Assembly: GCA_002306315.1 (NCBI GenBank)
Contig: DBRK01000035.1
Location: 1-53,098 of the forward strand
Source of the DNA: Patescibacteria group bacterium UBA1370
GTDB lineage: Bacteria; Patescibacteriota; Microgenomatia; UBA1400; PJMF01
DNA: 53,098 nucleotides
Direction of reading: 5' to 3'
Shown here: positions 53,078 to 53,098 of the stretch, in pieces
Layout of the letters: the number at the start of each line of letters is the position of its first letter
Numbering within the stretch: the stretch's first letter is position 1
Translations under genes and position numbers: made by a program
The notes under the pieces: model-generated
What the model saw: the letters and a program-made list of their open reading frames with translations, nothing else
Database searches by the model: none
Told to the model about the DNA's origin: nothing

Positions 53078-53098
53078 GAGTTGTGGAGCGGGTAACGG

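Noticed and set aside
1-53098. CRISPR arrays, rRNA genes, transposases, integrases, prophage or defence-system genes
   Set aside because: I saw no regularly spaced direct repeats, no rRNA-like sequence, and no ORF with recognisable transposase, integrase, nuclease-helicase defence or toxin-antitoxin signatures while reading the translations. Absence is based on inspection, not on a search.

Overview
The window reads as a gene-dense, almost entirely plus-strand core chromosome segment from a small-genome bacterium. My guess is Candidate Phyla Radiation/Patescibacteria. That guess rests only on gene content (short RecO, a DUF4012 protein, many glycosyltransferases) and is not verified.

Layout:
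- 1-20.6 kb: a surface-glycan assembly island. It holds a UXS-like decarboxylase, 5 GT4, 2 GT2, 2 GT-C membrane transferases, a Wzy_C/O-antigen-ligase-like protein, an acetyltransferase, manC, a polyprenyl-phosphate sugar transferase and DUF4012. ruvC-ruvA-ruvB is embedded inside it.
- 20.6-23.7 kb: recO, glyQS and two uncharacterised envelope ORFs.
- 23.9-40.2 kb: a rearranged dcw cluster, mraZ-rsmH-ftsL-ftsI-murE-yvcK-murC-murB-murA-mraY-ftsW-murG-ftsQ-ftsA-ftsZ.
- 40.2-45.1 kb: a convergent unknown ORF, a T-box leader, ileS and rodA.
- 45.2-48.6 kb: rplU, a methyltransferase, rpmA, a parB with no adjacent parA, and lepB.
- 48.7-53.1 kb: a second glycan module (wzx-like, GT2, Wzy_C-like), an Ig-like repeat protein, tRNA-Thr(CGU) and flavodoxin.

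I saw no CRISPR array, rRNA or mobile element.

Most interesting signals:
1. A complete T-box riboswitch in front of a type-2 ileS.
2. A recurring palindrome, GTGAAAA-N5/6-TTTTCAC. Two copies are perfect and intragenic, and two have one mismatch. One near-perfect copy lies upstream of parB; the other lies in a five-copy CGTGAAAA cluster upstream of ileS. The half-site resembles a parS half-site in inverted arrangement.
3. A consistent TGnTAnnnT extended -10 element placed 6-9 nt before at least 13 start codons, which implies widespread leaderless mRNAs.
4. MurA carries Asp at the fosfomycin-target Cys position.
5. A putative RNA methyltransferase sits between rplU and rpmA, where Firmicutes have the Prp protease.

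All functional calls come from reading the translations and recognising motifs. No database search was run.
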